Notes: generated by a model not told the origin, from the letters alone. Positions 12,619-25,227 are shown, counted from the stretch's first letter. The stretch: DNA of 64,000 nt from Stegostoma tigrinum (GCF_030684315.1 NC_081382.1:24918276-24982275), one strand, 5' to 3'. Made by a program: numbers and translations.

Positions 12619-14650
12619 CAACAGATCTTTTAGAAAAAAAAACAATGCACCTCTGCAGAGTCCCCAGCAAAAGCTAAATGGAGCACAAATTCAACACACC
12701 TCACCAAAAAGGTAGGAAAATGAATCTAAAGAACCCAGCCATCTTCAGGGGAAAAGTTTGATGATAAACATTCTCATTATCAAATGGTGATTTGTTCTAA
12801 TTACTTTTGAAGGGTAGTAAACAATTTAAACACTGTTGGAGGTAATAGTCTTGGGAATAATTTGAACATAAATTTGTGTCTTATGCATTGGCTTCCTATG
12901 CTCAAATTAAAGACCGGATTAATTTTAACATTATAATTTGTCTGAGGATCGTGATGGTTTAACGTGTAGCAGCTTCAATCACTCAGGGGGACTTCTACTG
13001 TTTTGTTTTAGTGACAGTTGCCACAGTCCTTTGTTAAAAGTGGTTCTTCTGGATATTTACCAATCTCGAGGCTTGAATAATCTGATGTGGTTTGCAAAGA
13101 AAATGTATTTTTTTCATGTGTAAATGTGACTCACTAACAAAAGCAGTCTTGTTTAGCCAGCAAAAATGTTAACATGACAAATGTGGTCCGATTAACGAAT
13201 CATAACTGTATCTGTCTCCTAAGGCCATAGCAATTTGATTTGTAGTTTTACAGGATTTTTAGAAGCAAATTAAACAGTCAGAAGACATAAAATAATGAAA
13301 AAAGCAACCACGCCTGTTAGAGGAAGGAGATTTTGCTGGTTCTGGACAGTTTCATAACACACATTCTGTTTCAGCCCCTTTACCAATTGCAGTTTAATTG
13401 CTGCAAAGAACATTATACTTGAACAATTTCTTTATTAATAATACTCTCTGAAATGCTAACCTTGTCATATTGACTAATGTGGTGCATTTGTAGGCCCAAG
13501 ATGATTAAATTGGAAGTCTTGTGCATTTTGCAAGAACAAGCTCATTATCAGGGATCCCCACATTATGTTGGATGGGTTATGAAAGAGATGCGGCTTGTCA
13601 TTCTTTTATTAGGACACTTGCTTCAAAATTAACATTTCTCCATAAAATGTAGAGGCACTATTGTCCAAACAGTTAAGCCAACCTTTGCTGGACAGTGGGT
13701 ATTCAAAGAACTCAGAAGTGGATGTAGGCTGTTCTGCAAACCTACATTATAAACTTGAACAGCCTAATGCACAAATCTCAAGTAAAGCATGGGGCGCACT
13801 CATCCGCATTATAAACCCTGTCAAACTGCTTTGATCTAAGGCCATTTTCAGGGATTATTCAAGGCGACAATTTCAAATTGAACAAAGCCTTCTCTGGCCA
13901 ACCAAACAAGTCTGTAATAACATGAAAGAGAGAAACATGGATTTCAGTCTCAGATGCAGATTTCTCATTCAATGTACCAAGAATTTGAAAAAAAATCACC
14001 CACATCCAATTTATAAAACTGACCACTGGTTTGGCTTTCATTGTTTGTTGTAAAAGAGCATTAGGTGTAGTTCCATCCATATTTTATCGACTACTTTTGC
14101 TAAACTATCAGTTTTCCTGCAGTATTACCTATGTTAAATATTGTAAGTATATCAATTAATGTAGATTACAGGTGATCAGCATGATGTTGATTGGAACCTA
14201 TAAGCTCTGTAGTAACACATGCAATACACAGTGCATTGTTTGGCTGTAGTTCAGTTATTCTAAGTACTGGCAGTCTAGTGTACATGTTTGGTGATATTTT
14301 TCATAGCAATTTATAATTTAGAAAATCCCTTTCCATATCACTAGGAAAAGCTTTGAACTCTAAGCTTAACCTGCAATGTACTAAATACTATTAGCCCTTG
14401 CTTTTATGCTATGAGAAACTGAGCTCAAGTAAAGTCAACAGTATATGCCCTTGACTTACCTTTAAATTTTGCTCTCTCTCCTATCTCTTACTTCTCTCAT
14501 TGTATTCTCTGGCCTAGGGACGTGGAGGTTAATATCTTTTTCCTACTAAGAATTCTAGATATCATGAAATCTTTTAGCATTATTTCTTCCTGGAAGAACA
14601 AGTTCTGATACCCTATTTTATCATCTGTTCAGAATCCCAACTCATATCCA

Positions 14651-14950
14651 ATGTTATGGAAACACTTGAGGTTTATGAGAGCGACCAGGAGCGACAACAA
14701 CTTAACAAAATAAGTGTCAACTTTTTTCTGGTTCAATTTTCAAGGCAATGCCTTGACCAATTAGTCAAACTGCCTAGTTTATAAACTTTAACAAAGTTTT
14801 GCACTTACCTCTCAATCATCATTAAATAGTGCATTCTCACAATCCTTCCAGTAGCCCACCAATCAGCACTGCCTTCTCATACAGTGTAAATTTTAATTTC
14901 CTCCTTAAATTAGTGTTCTTGTGAATTGTGCTGATGAGCAAGATGACAAA
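14651..14950 (+). mobile_element. Possible decayed terminus of another Penelope-like family with a degenerate hammerhead
   Basis: CCAAT-containing tract ending in CTGATGAGCAAGATGACAAA (14931-14950). The family resemblance is from memory only. Confidence 0.3.
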
Positions 14951-17495
14951 GTGTGCGATTTTAGCAGTTAATAAATTGCATATTTCACAATTACTGTTTG
15001 CATGTATTGTGCATGTGTTTACAGTTGACATAAGTAATCATTCTTGCCAATTGCAATTCTCCCTGTTATAAAATGTGCTTTGTCAAACAGTTTTGTGCAA
15101 ACTGGAATTGCCACTGTACCTAAGATTTGTTTACTTAGCACCCAGTGTGATTTACCTTTCATACAATGGGGAGTGACTGATTAATATGGTGTATGAAATG
15201 CATTGTTTTTGCTATTTACTTGCTGTTAACCCATCATTTTAAAAGAAATTTATCACCTCTATCAAGAGAGAAAAGAATTTCAGACAAATACACTAAGTAT
15301 TTGCTTCCTGTTGTCTCTCAATGTTAATTCCAAGGCCTCCGTGGACTGTCGTGGTCTTGTGACTTGAATTACAGACATTTTTGCTGTTCCAGTTCAAAAT
15401 ACACCTCTCTTTATGCTTTCCTATTGCATGTTGGAAATTGTGTCTGCGAAGGGGATCACTATCTTCTTCTGCATTTACATCCAATGCAGTTGAAATGCAG
15501 ATACATTAGCTCAAATAGCTGTTGTGTTACAATATGAGATACCTTCAATGTCCAAGTCTTAAGCCCAAGAAGCTTATTATCCTGCTGGGTCTCCTGGCTG
15601 TGAGGGTTTTATTCATGAATTGAAGAAGCTCTGATAAACAGCACATTTCCCATCCGGTGGTGGATATTTTTAGAAATTGCTTGCTAGTGGCAGTTAATTC
15701 ACAGAACTGAAAAAATACAATTGATGAGTTCAGATTTACACACTCCAGCAGACTTTTAACAGTCTGATTCACTTTATCAGATCTGCAGTTCAGTTAAATA
15801 TATATTCTTCTTTCAGTTTCTTCCATTCACATGAGGTCACTATAGTGCTGATTCATCACCTTCTCCATATCTCCTGTCAGCCATCCATTTTTATTCCAAT
15901 CACAAAGTGTTTAAGTTTCTCACTGGTGCTCACTGCTATTTTGTATTTGGCCTTTCGGTTCTCCTTCTTCTTGGTAGTACTGTATCCATCACTCATCTCA
16001 CCGCATTTCCTATCTCTCTCTCTCTCTCACTCACACCCTACAAGATGACCATACCATTTCAATCATGTCTTGGCTATTTTCCTTGATGTAGTCTCAAATC
16101 TTCATTGACTCCGGACGTATCAGTATCGTCCACAGCTATACTCTTCCCACTACTTTGAAACAAGCTATTTGATGTACTATTTTTCACCAAAATAGATAGA
16201 AGTTTATAAATTTGATTCTAGTGTTCTCAATGAGACACGTTTCACTGTAATGTGGAATAATATTAACTACATTTTTAGACCACATCAGAAAAATGGCAAG
16301 AAGGTAACAATCAGTTTTACTGGGCCAAGCCTCTGAACATCCTCCTTCAAAGGGAGAAATTCTGTTTCTCTGCTATTCAATGAGCAGTGACCTAAAAGAC
16401 AAGTTTGGTCACCCAGCAAAAATGTCTGTAATTCAAGTCACAAGACTGTAACAGTCTACTGAGACCTTGAAATTACATTGTGGAGTAATAGGAAGCAAAC
16501 ATTTAATGTATTTGTCTGAAATTCCTTCCTGTCTTGATTGAGGTGACATCCTTTTGAAATATGTTGTTTAACACCATGTAAATATCAAAGAGAAGCATTT
16601 CAAACACTGTATTAATCAATCAAGTGTACAGTTATTCCACTGGAGAAATTCAGGAGCTGTGTCATCCAGGCTCAATCATGCTGAACTTGTAAGACTTACA
16701 TTAAGTATTTTTACTTTGAAAGAAAACCAGTCACTATCATAGGCAAAGCACACACCTCTAACTAGAATTACAAATCCAGGGCTAGAATGGTGAAACAAGA
16801 TGCGAAACACAGAAACGTCAATTGGTCATTTTTAATTTAATCTTCTGGTGTTTGTTGAAGATACTAGGAATTAATTAAAGAATTTCTCCTTCACAAATTT
16901 TTAACATCTTTTGGAATCCAAACTATTATTCTCCACATCTTCTCCATTCCTCATTTCTTTAATGCCAAAGAGATTTCTTTAGCTCCATCTACAGGGCATC
17001 AAACCTTTGTCTGCAGTGAGGCAGGGTGTGCAGATCCCTTTATGTCATCCTACTTTACAGTGAAACCACTGAGAACTACTTCAAATAGCATATCAGAGGT
17101 ATCTGGTAGGCTTAGAACAGTAGCTTTGACTGTGTGAATGAAGGATTTAGATTCAATTCTTGTCATAATTAAATTCCAGATGTCTTTTTATCAATCCACG
17201 TGGCACGTTTTAAGGATGTAATGACTGGAGCCTATCTTCTATATAACCGGTAATATTCTCCAAACTGGAATTGATAAACACTTGAGCTTTTCTCATTGCT
17301 ATCCTGGGACTAGTGATATTCTGCAATGCACACATTTTAACAATGTACACTGGAAAGATGACAGTTGACAATGGGTTAAATTAGACCTATTATCATTCAT
17401 CAACAACATTTGGTAAAACTTGTTCTATGCAGTGTTTAATCTATTGATAACAAAAGAGAGTGCCATAATGTTCTGTGATTTTGTTTAAATTACAG

Positions 17496-17590
17496 TTGGA
17501 ACACCTTACTATATGTCCCCAGAGAGAATACATGAAAATGGTTATAACTTCAAATCAGATATCTGGTCACTTGGCTGTTTATTGTATGAG
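17496..17590 (+). CDS. NEK6: Internal coding exon of a NIMA-related kinase (NEK6/NEK7 family), kinase subdomains VIII-IX
   Basis: Acceptor ttgtttaaattacag|TT and donor GAG|gtaagc; 95 bp, phase 1 to phase 0. Translates to (V)[31 protein letters not shown], matching human NEK6/NEK7 as I recall it. The paralogue call comes from the next exon. Confidence 0.95.
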
Positions 17591-17858
17591 GTAAGCAGGT
17601 TGAGTTTCCTAATCTTTTATTTGAGAAGTTATGAATTCAGGGAATTCAATGCAGGAGTGTGTAGATTAACTCTCGGAAGTTGATTGTGTTGCTGAGTCCT
17701 CTCATTCTTCAATTAACTAAAAATTCAAATGCAGCCCAGATGCAAACACTGATGTTGACTTTCTCTCTGAGAATAATGGAAAGGTCTGAATAAACGATGG
17801 TTTACAATAAATAAGGTATTGAACCTCTGGTTGGAATCCAGCACCAGCAGGAGGAAAT

Positions 17859-17977
17859 AACAAGGTGTAGAGCTGGTTGAACACAGCAGGCCAAGAAGCA
17901 TCAGAGGAGCAAGAAAGCTGACATTTCAAGTCTGGACCCTTCTTCACCACCAACATGGCCACCAACCCCTGCCCCAC
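17859..17977 (-). mobile_element. Short Penelope-derived hammerhead element with a 15-bp TSD
   Basis: ccagcaggaggaaat at 17844-17858 and 17978-17992; family body with a decayed core. Confidence 0.75.
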
Positions 17978-18099
17978 CCAGCAGGAGGAAATCCAAGGAC
18001 AAAATTGCCATCAGAGGGAATACTATCTGGGTAAATTCATGACAAAGGATTATAGATAAAGATTGGAAATTAGCATTTCTGAGATTAGAGTTTGGTTGA

Positions 18100-18475
18100 A
18101 GCTTATTTGCATTTAATCTAGTTGAGGTCTATCAGATAATTAAAGGAGTCGATAAAGAGGAGGTAGTGAGGAAATAGTTTCCTGCAACTGTAATGGAATA
18201 GCTCCAAACAAGGGACATAATTCTGAAATAACACAAGATTACTTGAGGGCAAGTTTTGTAAAGCATTTCTACACGCAAAATAGAGTGGTAATCTAAGACT
18301 GTCTTCTTCTCAAGACTATTAAAGTTGGTAAATTGAAATTTGAGAATGGTAGATTGTTGTTAGGCAAGTGTATTATGAGTTACAGACTCAACGTAGATAG
18401 GTGGAGTTAGGACGCAAAGCAGTTACGATTTGATCTCAATGGTAAAATAGGTTTGAGGGGCTGAATGACCTTGTT
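18100..18475 (+). mobile_element. Old CR1 3' fragment
   Basis: gttgaggtctatcagataattaaagga..agggacataa..ttctacacgcaaaatagagtgg..gaggggctgaatgacc, a degenerate version of the young CR1 3' ends in this window. Confidence 0.6.
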
Positions 18476-18582
18476 TGCAAAACAAGTAATGGCATTTTGT
18501 TTCACGCTTCCTGGCTTCATTTAGTAAATGGAGTGAATGCAAAACAAAGATGAGTAAGTAAAGACTTACAAAAAATTAAGCA

Positions 18583-18990
18583 AAAAATTGTGGATGCTAA
18601 AGATCTGAAACAAAAACAGAAATTGCTGGAGATGACAGTTGACAGGTCTGCAGGTCTGGCCATATTGGTGAAGAGTTAACATTTGCAGTCTAGTCCCCTT
18701 CCTTCAGAACTGATAGTGGCTGGGAAAAGATGCTATTTCTTGCTGGTGACGGAGAGTGTGAGGGACAAGGAGTGAGTAGATAAGTGAAGACGGGCCCAGA
18801 GAGAGTGTGAAAGAATGCTAGGCAGATGAAGAGATAGTAAATGGCAAATAGAAAACCAGGAAAGGAGAAAAGCTGATAATGGGGACCACAAGAAGTTGAA
18901 AATGGATCAGCTGTGCTGAAACAATCCCATGTATTGACAGGGCCATGGATGTTGGGATGGGTAAAGGACATGGAAGGAGGTGTTCAGGCA
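18583..18990 (-). mobile_element. Penelope-derived terminal fragment (second subfamily) with a purine-rich extension
   Basis: Body tgtggatgctaaagatctgaaacaaaaacagaaattgctgg is shared with the 21376, 35342, 36466 and 37372 copies; decayed core ttaacatttg..ccttccttcag. Confidence 0.55.
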
Positions 18991-21375
18991 CTTTACAGAC
19001 AACTCATTTACTCTTACTAAAGCAGCTGATTCTGACATGTTTATCTATAGTTCTGCCTATGTATTAGGCATTTATTGTGTGTTCTGGCAGAAATACCAGT
19101 GTGTCGAGGATGAGAAGGAGACTAGTCAAATTCAAGTAGAAAATTAAATCTACAAGTGTAACTGGACAAAATGTAAAGAACAAAGAGCAATGCATCACTT
19201 TAGTGTCCTACGTAGAAAGGTTAGACCACGGGACATGGTGTTCAATGCATATAACTCTTTAGCTAAAAGATAAAATAGCTGCAACAACTGCTAGCTGCAA
19301 CAACTGCTGACTGCAACAACACAAAACCTTCTCAACAAATGAAGACAAATTCCTTGGCCTTCTTTACATTCCTATGTCCTCATAACAAACATATTATCCC
19401 ACTCCCCTCCAGCAATCGCTAAAAGTGATGGCTTAAAAATTCAGTACATTTCTTAATGAAGGAAAAAGCTGGTTAAAAGTTTCACACATAAACAACCTAT
19501 TTGATAGTTATTTCTATAAAGCTGGGCAGCACTTAAAGTTGCATTATTGTATTTCCTATTATTGTATTCCATCAAATCATCAAACAGTGACATGGTATGA
19601 AAGATGTAACATGTAAATAGGATGAAATGAGAGACCAATTGATTTAGTTGATTGTGTTATTGTGTGCTGGAAGGACACCACTGAGACCTCTCATCTGTCT
19701 ACAACATATTGTTGTATTATGTTGTTATGAGGCTGTGTAACGCATATACTTGAGGAAAGATGTGCATTACCTTACAACTTACAAAGAATGGATTTTCAAT
19801 CAAGCCTTTCCTCAAGTTGAACTCTCATATACTGAAACTAAATGTTTGCTTTACATATTTAATGTACTGCAGTTAGTGAAAGAGTGTCTGGCTCAAGTGG
19901 AGCTGATTTATGTGCTGGTGGTGAGTAAAGGTTGTCTGGCTTGTGCTCAGAAAAAGAAATATTGGTGCTTGGAGCTGAATGAAAATCAATGTAAATCCTG
20001 CCTGTGGGACCTGAGCTGTTGTGGGAATAGTCCATCACAGACTGAAAGTAACAGTCCCTCCTCAACTTTGATGAGAGAGGAGAAAAATCTGGAAATTGAT
20101 TCCTTTGTGCTTCTGTGCATTTTTTATAATTCAATAAACAATACAAGAGCTTCCTGAAAATAGATTACCTTTTCCATCAGCATAGACAAAATAAGACATA
20201 TAGAAATACCCACAGATCAAGATTAATACTGAAATGCAGTGAGATTGAAAGGAACAGTTATGAAGAAGGATCAAGATGAAGAGATACATTTTCAATTCAG
20301 AGATGTGCATGAATCTCATCGCTCTGGCAGTGGAGGCAGATAGTTAAAGCCAGAGTTGGTGTTTTACAATTAGAGTCATTTAGTGACTCTCGATGTAAGT
20401 TCTCAATTAGTTTTATATGTAACTGTTTGTAGAAACAGAGAAAAAACAGAAACTGAATGTAACCATTTTTGAATTGATTCTTCAATCTGTGGAATTTCAT
20501 TGAAACCAAACTTTGGATTACTTCGTATCCCATATCCTCTCGTAATTCTCATTAATCTAATTATTCTGGTTTCTCTCATATTTGAAATAATTTCTCCAAT
20601 TTCCATTAGCAGAAGAGAATTCCAGACTTCTGCCATACTTTTCATGCGGTTTTGTATTACTAACATCACCTCTGAAAGGCCTGAGTCAAACGTTTAAGCC
20701 ATACCTTCTAGTCCTAGACACCTCAACCAATAGAAATTATTTATCTTCACTAGCCTATCAGTTTCACGTTACATCTTGAAAACCATCCTTTAACTTTCTA
20801 AAATCTAGGAAAATAGGTTTGCATAATTTCTCCTTGTGATTTATTCATTTCAGTCTAAATACTTCTGGATTCACTCCAGTGTCAATATATTCCTTCTCAG
20901 GTTGGATGCCCAGAAATGCTTACAACAGTTCCAGTTATGGACTAACCAGGACTTTGTACAGCAGTTACATAACTTCTGCCCACTTATATTCTTATCCACT
21001 AGATATAAATCCAGAATTCTATCAGTCTCTTTGATTATTTTCTGTATCTGTCCTCAGTGTTCGAATAATAAATGTTGATGGACCCCCAAGTCTCTTTGGA
21101 TCTGTACTGATTCTAAATTCATCAATTAAAAAATGCTTTTATCTATGCTTTCTTAGTCCAGACCTGTCTACATTGAAATGTACCTGTCACAGCTTTGCCC
21201 TATCACTTAGTCAATTTAACATCTCTCTTTAATTTCATACTTCCATTACACTACTTTCAATACCACTACGTTTTTTGTCACCAGTAGAGTTGGATTGTGA
21301 CTTTGTATTTCATCATATGTCATTCGTAAATATGGCAAATATTTGAGGCCCCAACACAGTTCCCAGTAGAACATC

Positions 21376-21564
21376 GACTGAAAGAACTGCAGACGCTGTA
21401 AATCAGGAACAAAAACAGAAGATGCTGGAAAAGCTCAGCAGGTCTAGCTGCATCTGTGAAGAGAAAATCTGAGGAAGGATCTCCAGACCCGAACCATTAA
21501 CCCTGAATTTTCACTTCACAGATGCTGCCAGACTTGCTGAGCTTTTCCAGCAACTTCTGTTTTG
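21376..21564. mobile_element. Fold-back Penelope-derived element (second subfamily) with a 15-bp TSD
   Basis: tcccagtagaacatc at 21361-21375 and 21565-21579. Inverted arms gctggaaaagctcagca / tgctgagcttttccagc; central CTGAGGA-A-GGATC-TCCA-GACCC-GAACC. Confidence 0.75.
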
Positions 21565-21829
21565 TCCCAGTAGAACATCACTTGCCACATCCCATCAGTT
21601 GGAGTGCCTGCTCATTATCCCTGTATTACTGTCTCTGCTATTCGGTAAATTGCCTATTTAGGTTATTAATCTGTTTTCAATCTCATGAACTTCAGCTTTA
21701 GTTAGCTACTGTTGAGATTGGTTAGCTCGCCGAGCTGGTTTGTTGTTCCGCAGACGTTTTATTACCATGCTGGGTAACATCCTCAGTGCAGCCTGTGATG
21801 AAGCATCGGTGTGTTTTCCCACCTGGTTT

Positions 21830-22249
21830 TTAAACCCTGGTGTCCGTTGAGATGGAATGCCCCATTTCCAGTTTTCTTTTGTAGTGGAATTTATACGGGG
21901 TCAAGTTCAATGTGTTTATTAATAGCCTGCTTAGTGGAGTGTCATACTTCCGGGAATTCTCGTGCTCGTCTCTGCCTAGCTTGTCCCAGGATCTTGGTGT
22001 TGTCCCAGTCAAAGTCATGTTCTCCTTGTCCATGTGGATTGAGATGAGTGAGTATTGGTCTTGTCTTTTTGTAGCCAGTTTGTGTTCACGTACTCTTGTT
22101 GTTAGTTTCCTTCCTGTTTGTCCGATGTAGTGTTTCTCGCAGTCTCTGCAGGGGATCTTGTAGATGACATTGGTCCTGTCCATGGCGGGGAGTGGGTCTT
22201 TAGTTCGGGTGAGCAGTTGTTGTAGGGTTGACGTGGGCTTGTGTGCCAC
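21830..22249 (-). pseudogene. Penelope GIY-YIG endonuclease fragment (frameshifted)
   Basis: NVIYKIPCRDCEKHYIGQTGRKLTTRVREH. Confidence 0.9.
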
Positions 22250-22690
22250 TCTGAAGCCCAGCGGTCATAGGAGTCTTGTGGCGAGCTCTGTGTTCCTGAC
22301 GTAGGGGAGTGTGATGAGTGTGTCAGGGCGTGTAGAATCTTTCTGGTGCTGTTTGTGTAGGCATCTTCTGACCCAGCTCTTTGGATATCCATTATTCTTG
22401 AACAGTTGGAAGAGGTATTCCTCCTCCTCTTGGCGTAGTTCCGTGTTGCTGCAGTGTGTTGTTGCCCTTTTAAATAGTGTTCACGCGCAGCTTCGTTTGT
22501 GTGTGCTGGGATGGTTACTATTGAAGTTCAGTGTCTGGTCTGTGTGTGTGGCTTTTCGATGTACTTTCATTTGCAGTTCCCCATTTGTCTTGCGCTCTGC
22601 CATGATGTCCAGGTATGGGAGTTGTTTGTTCTTCTCCTTCTCTCTGGTGAATCTTATTCCAGTGAGGGTGTTGTTTGTGAGTTTGTGTGT

Positions 22691-23317
22691 CTATTCTAAT
22701 TTGGTACGTTTAATGATGACAATGGTGTTGTCTACGTAGTGTATCCATAGTTTAGGTTGGATTTGCAGAAGGGTGGTCCTTTCCAGTCTTTGCATCACTT
22801 CTTCTGCTTTGAGTCCGGAGATGGGCGATCCCATGGGCGTCCTGTTGATTTGCTCGTATGTTTGGCCATTGAAGCCGAAGTGAGTGGTCAGGCATAGGTC
22901 CAGTAGTTTGAGCATGTTGTCCTTGGAGATGGTTTCACTGGGGTCGTGTTCTTGATCAAGTAGTGTTGTCATTGTATCCCTTGCTAGTAGTATGTCTATT
23001 GACGTAAATAGGGCAGTGACATCAAACAATAACATGGTCTCTTTGTCCTCTATCTTTATGTCTTTGATGGAGTTGAGGAATTCTTGGGCTGAGTGGATGG
23101 AGTGGGGTGATTTGTTGACTAGGTGCCTGAGTCTTCTTTGTAGTTCTCTGGCTAATCTGTGTGATGGAGTGCCTGGTAGGGAGACTGTGGGTCTGAGGGG
23201 GACCTCCGGCTTGTGCACTTTACGGAGGCCATAAAATCGGGCTGTGTTGGTTCCCTCGGGTTTCATTTTTAAGGAGTCTGTTTTCTTGATCTGTCCTGTT
23301 TGTTTATTAAGAAACAC
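22691..23317 (-). pseudogene. Penelope reverse transcriptase fragment (disrupted)
   Basis: FYGLRKVHKPEVPLRP, FDVTALFTSI, PMGSPIS and YVDNT (catalytic YVDD mutated); premature stop. Confidence 0.9.
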
Positions 23318-23437
23318 ATTGAACTCGACCCCATGTACATTCCACTACGAAAGAAAACTGAAAGTGAGGCAGTCCAACTCAATGGACTCCAGAGTTTAAA
23401 AACCAGGTGGGAAAACACACCGATGCTTCATCAGAGG

Positions 23438-23481
23438 CTGCACTGAGGATGTTACCCAGCGGGGTAATGAAACATCTGCGG
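23438..23481 (+). ncRNA. Minimal type I hammerhead ribozyme in the Penelope terminal repeat (CpG-decayed)
   Basis: CTGCA-CTGAGGA-T-GTTACCC-AGCG-GGGTAAT-GAAAC-ATC-TGCGG, with a 5-bp stem I and 7-bp stem II. The mirror copy at 21748-21791 (- strand) keeps GTC but has AAAAC. Confidence 0.75.
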
Positions 23482-23937
23482 AACAACAAACCAGCTCGGC
23501 GAGCCAACCAACATCATCGTCCACAACCTGAGCTCCAAGTCTACTCCAAAACTTTAGTTAGCTATCTTTTGATAGGGATTTTGATGACTGCTTTCTGGAA
23601 GTCCGTAGGAGTAAAATGCCTAGACTTCACAGAATTATAGAATTATTATCGCACAGGAGGAGTCCATTCAGCTTATCACACCTTCTGCAACGGCCTGAAT
23701 GAGCATCTCACTTCATGCTATTCTCCAGCTTTCTCTTGTAACCCTGCACATTCTCCTTTTATCAGATAACATTTCAATTCCTTTTTGAATCCTGTAATTT
23801 AACCTGCCACCTCTATACTGTCAGGTAGTGCACATAATTATTTCTTCAAAAACTACAGCCACAATAGTTAGAGATGGCCTGCCTTAACAAATGTGTGCTG
23901 TGTCTCTCTAATCAAGGTATTTCTAAGATATGCAGAC

Positions 23938-24794
23938 TGTAGTAATTAGAACCCGGGTGGATCTTATTGATTATGATATCCTGGATTGGGATTGTTAACC
24001 TGGGCCAAACAGTGAGCTCTGGCGTACCGGCATAAATGCAGGATTCACATGAACATCGTTCCCATTGGGCTTTCCTTGTTACTGGTTCCCTGGCCTCATG
24101 GTGCTTTCGAGACTGCACACTTACACACTCAACACGGGTGCTGTGGGGAGAATAAGCACTGCCGCTGTATAGCAGTAGTGTGGGGGTAGCAGAGAGGGAA
24201 AAAAATATGACCATTTGGATTGTCAGAAAAGAAAATTCAACCAGGGGATTAAGAATCTCCTCAGTTCAGGTGACTGACTTTAAAAAAATATATAAATGGG
24301 GGATTCAGAGATTCTCCTTATTTCAGGGACAGACAAAAGGAAAAATTATAAACAGGGGACTCAGAATCTCCTCACTTCAGGACTGACTCTGAGCTGTCTG
24401 GCCACAGAGTACCGCGCACATGTAAATAAAGGATAGTTAGATTACCTACAGCGTGGAAATAGGCCCTTCGGCCCAACAAGTCCACATCACCTCTTGGAGC
24501 ATCCCACCCAGACTCATCCCCCTATAACCCACACACCCCTGAACACTACGGGCAATTTAGCATGGCCAATCCACCTAGCCTGCACATCTTTGGACTGTGG
24601 GAGGAAACTGGATCACCCAGAGAAATCCCACACAGATACGGGGAGAATGTGCAAACTCTGCACGGACATTTACCGGATAGTGGAATCGAACCCGGGCCCC
24701 TGGCACTGTGAGGCTGCAGTGCTAACCTCTGAACCACCGTGCCGCCCTTGTGATGACTTGGTGATGGGATAGCTGCCTCTTTGCAGTTATTTCA
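23938..24794 (+). mobile_element. Solo LTR (TG...CA) enlarged by internal duplications and a SINE insertion
   Basis: Starts TGTAGT and ends TATTTCA. Flanks cagac (23933-23937) and cagtc (24795-24799) form a 5-bp TSD with 1 mismatch. TATAAA boxes and AATAAA at 24425-24430. Confidence 0.65.
24433..24747 (-). mobile_element. Full-length HE1-like tRNA-derived V-SINE
   Basis: The reverse strand starts GGGCGGCACGGTGGTTCAGAGGTTAGCACTG..GGTTCGATTCC (A and B boxes), then the V-domain TCCTCCCACAGTCCAAAGATGTGCAGG and a CR1-like tail GGGCCGAAGGGCCT. Confidence 0.88.
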
Positions 24795-25227
24795 CAGTCA
24801 TTATCTTCAATTATAAACAGATCATTGTAGAACTTACTACTGAGAAATACTAGGCTTGAATCAAGATTTCTATGCAATAGAAACCAATATGAATTATATA
24901 TTGGAAATCTGTAATTGGTTGTGCAATGTATTTATGAAAGCTGGATTTCATTTCAACATTGTGCACTGGAAGTAGGTAATATGTTCCTTCTAACAATCCT
25001 ATCCTTTATATTTATTACAACTTCTGGTTTTTGAACATGTAGTAATTGCACCTCAAAAAGACACATCAAAAGAAAATGCATTGGTAATGTTGAACAATAT
25101 TTCAATTGTAATAATTAGGAATGTCAACACTTTTGTTTATGTTTCCTCTCACTTTAAACCTGTTTTTTTTTCACACACCCAGCTGAAAACCTTGGGTGAC
25201 ATGTGAAACCTAGTACCCAGACATGCT

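Larger units (their letters stand above)
21709..23551 (-). mobile_element. 5'-truncated Penelope-like retroelement (RT + GIY-YIG endonuclease) with an inverted terminal duplication and a 13-bp TSD
   Basis: TSD ctttagttagcta at 21696-21708 and 23552-23564. ~21715-21922 is the reverse complement of ~23306-23515. RT and GIY-YIG motifs lie inside. Confidence 0.93.
20500..23625 (-). mobile_element. Old CR1 fossil interrupted by two Penelope-type insertions
   Basis: AEVWNSL remnant in ORF 20403-20669. A DFQKA RT remnant (reverse complement of gctttctggaagtcc, ~23590-23604) resumes right after the Penelope TSD. Confidence 0.55.

Noticed and set aside
1-17495. Upstream kinase exon (expected [26 protein letters not shown])
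   Set aside because: Not found by eye; gaccttgggctg near 5430 gives DLGL but has in-frame stops and no splice context. It probably lies upstream of the window.
19276-19320. 16-bp tandem repeat (also the 17-bp duplication at ~36817-36846)
   Set aside because: Ordinary short slippage duplications.
24660-24747. tRNA gene
   Set aside because: The A/B boxes run into a V-domain and LINE tail, so this is a SINE head.
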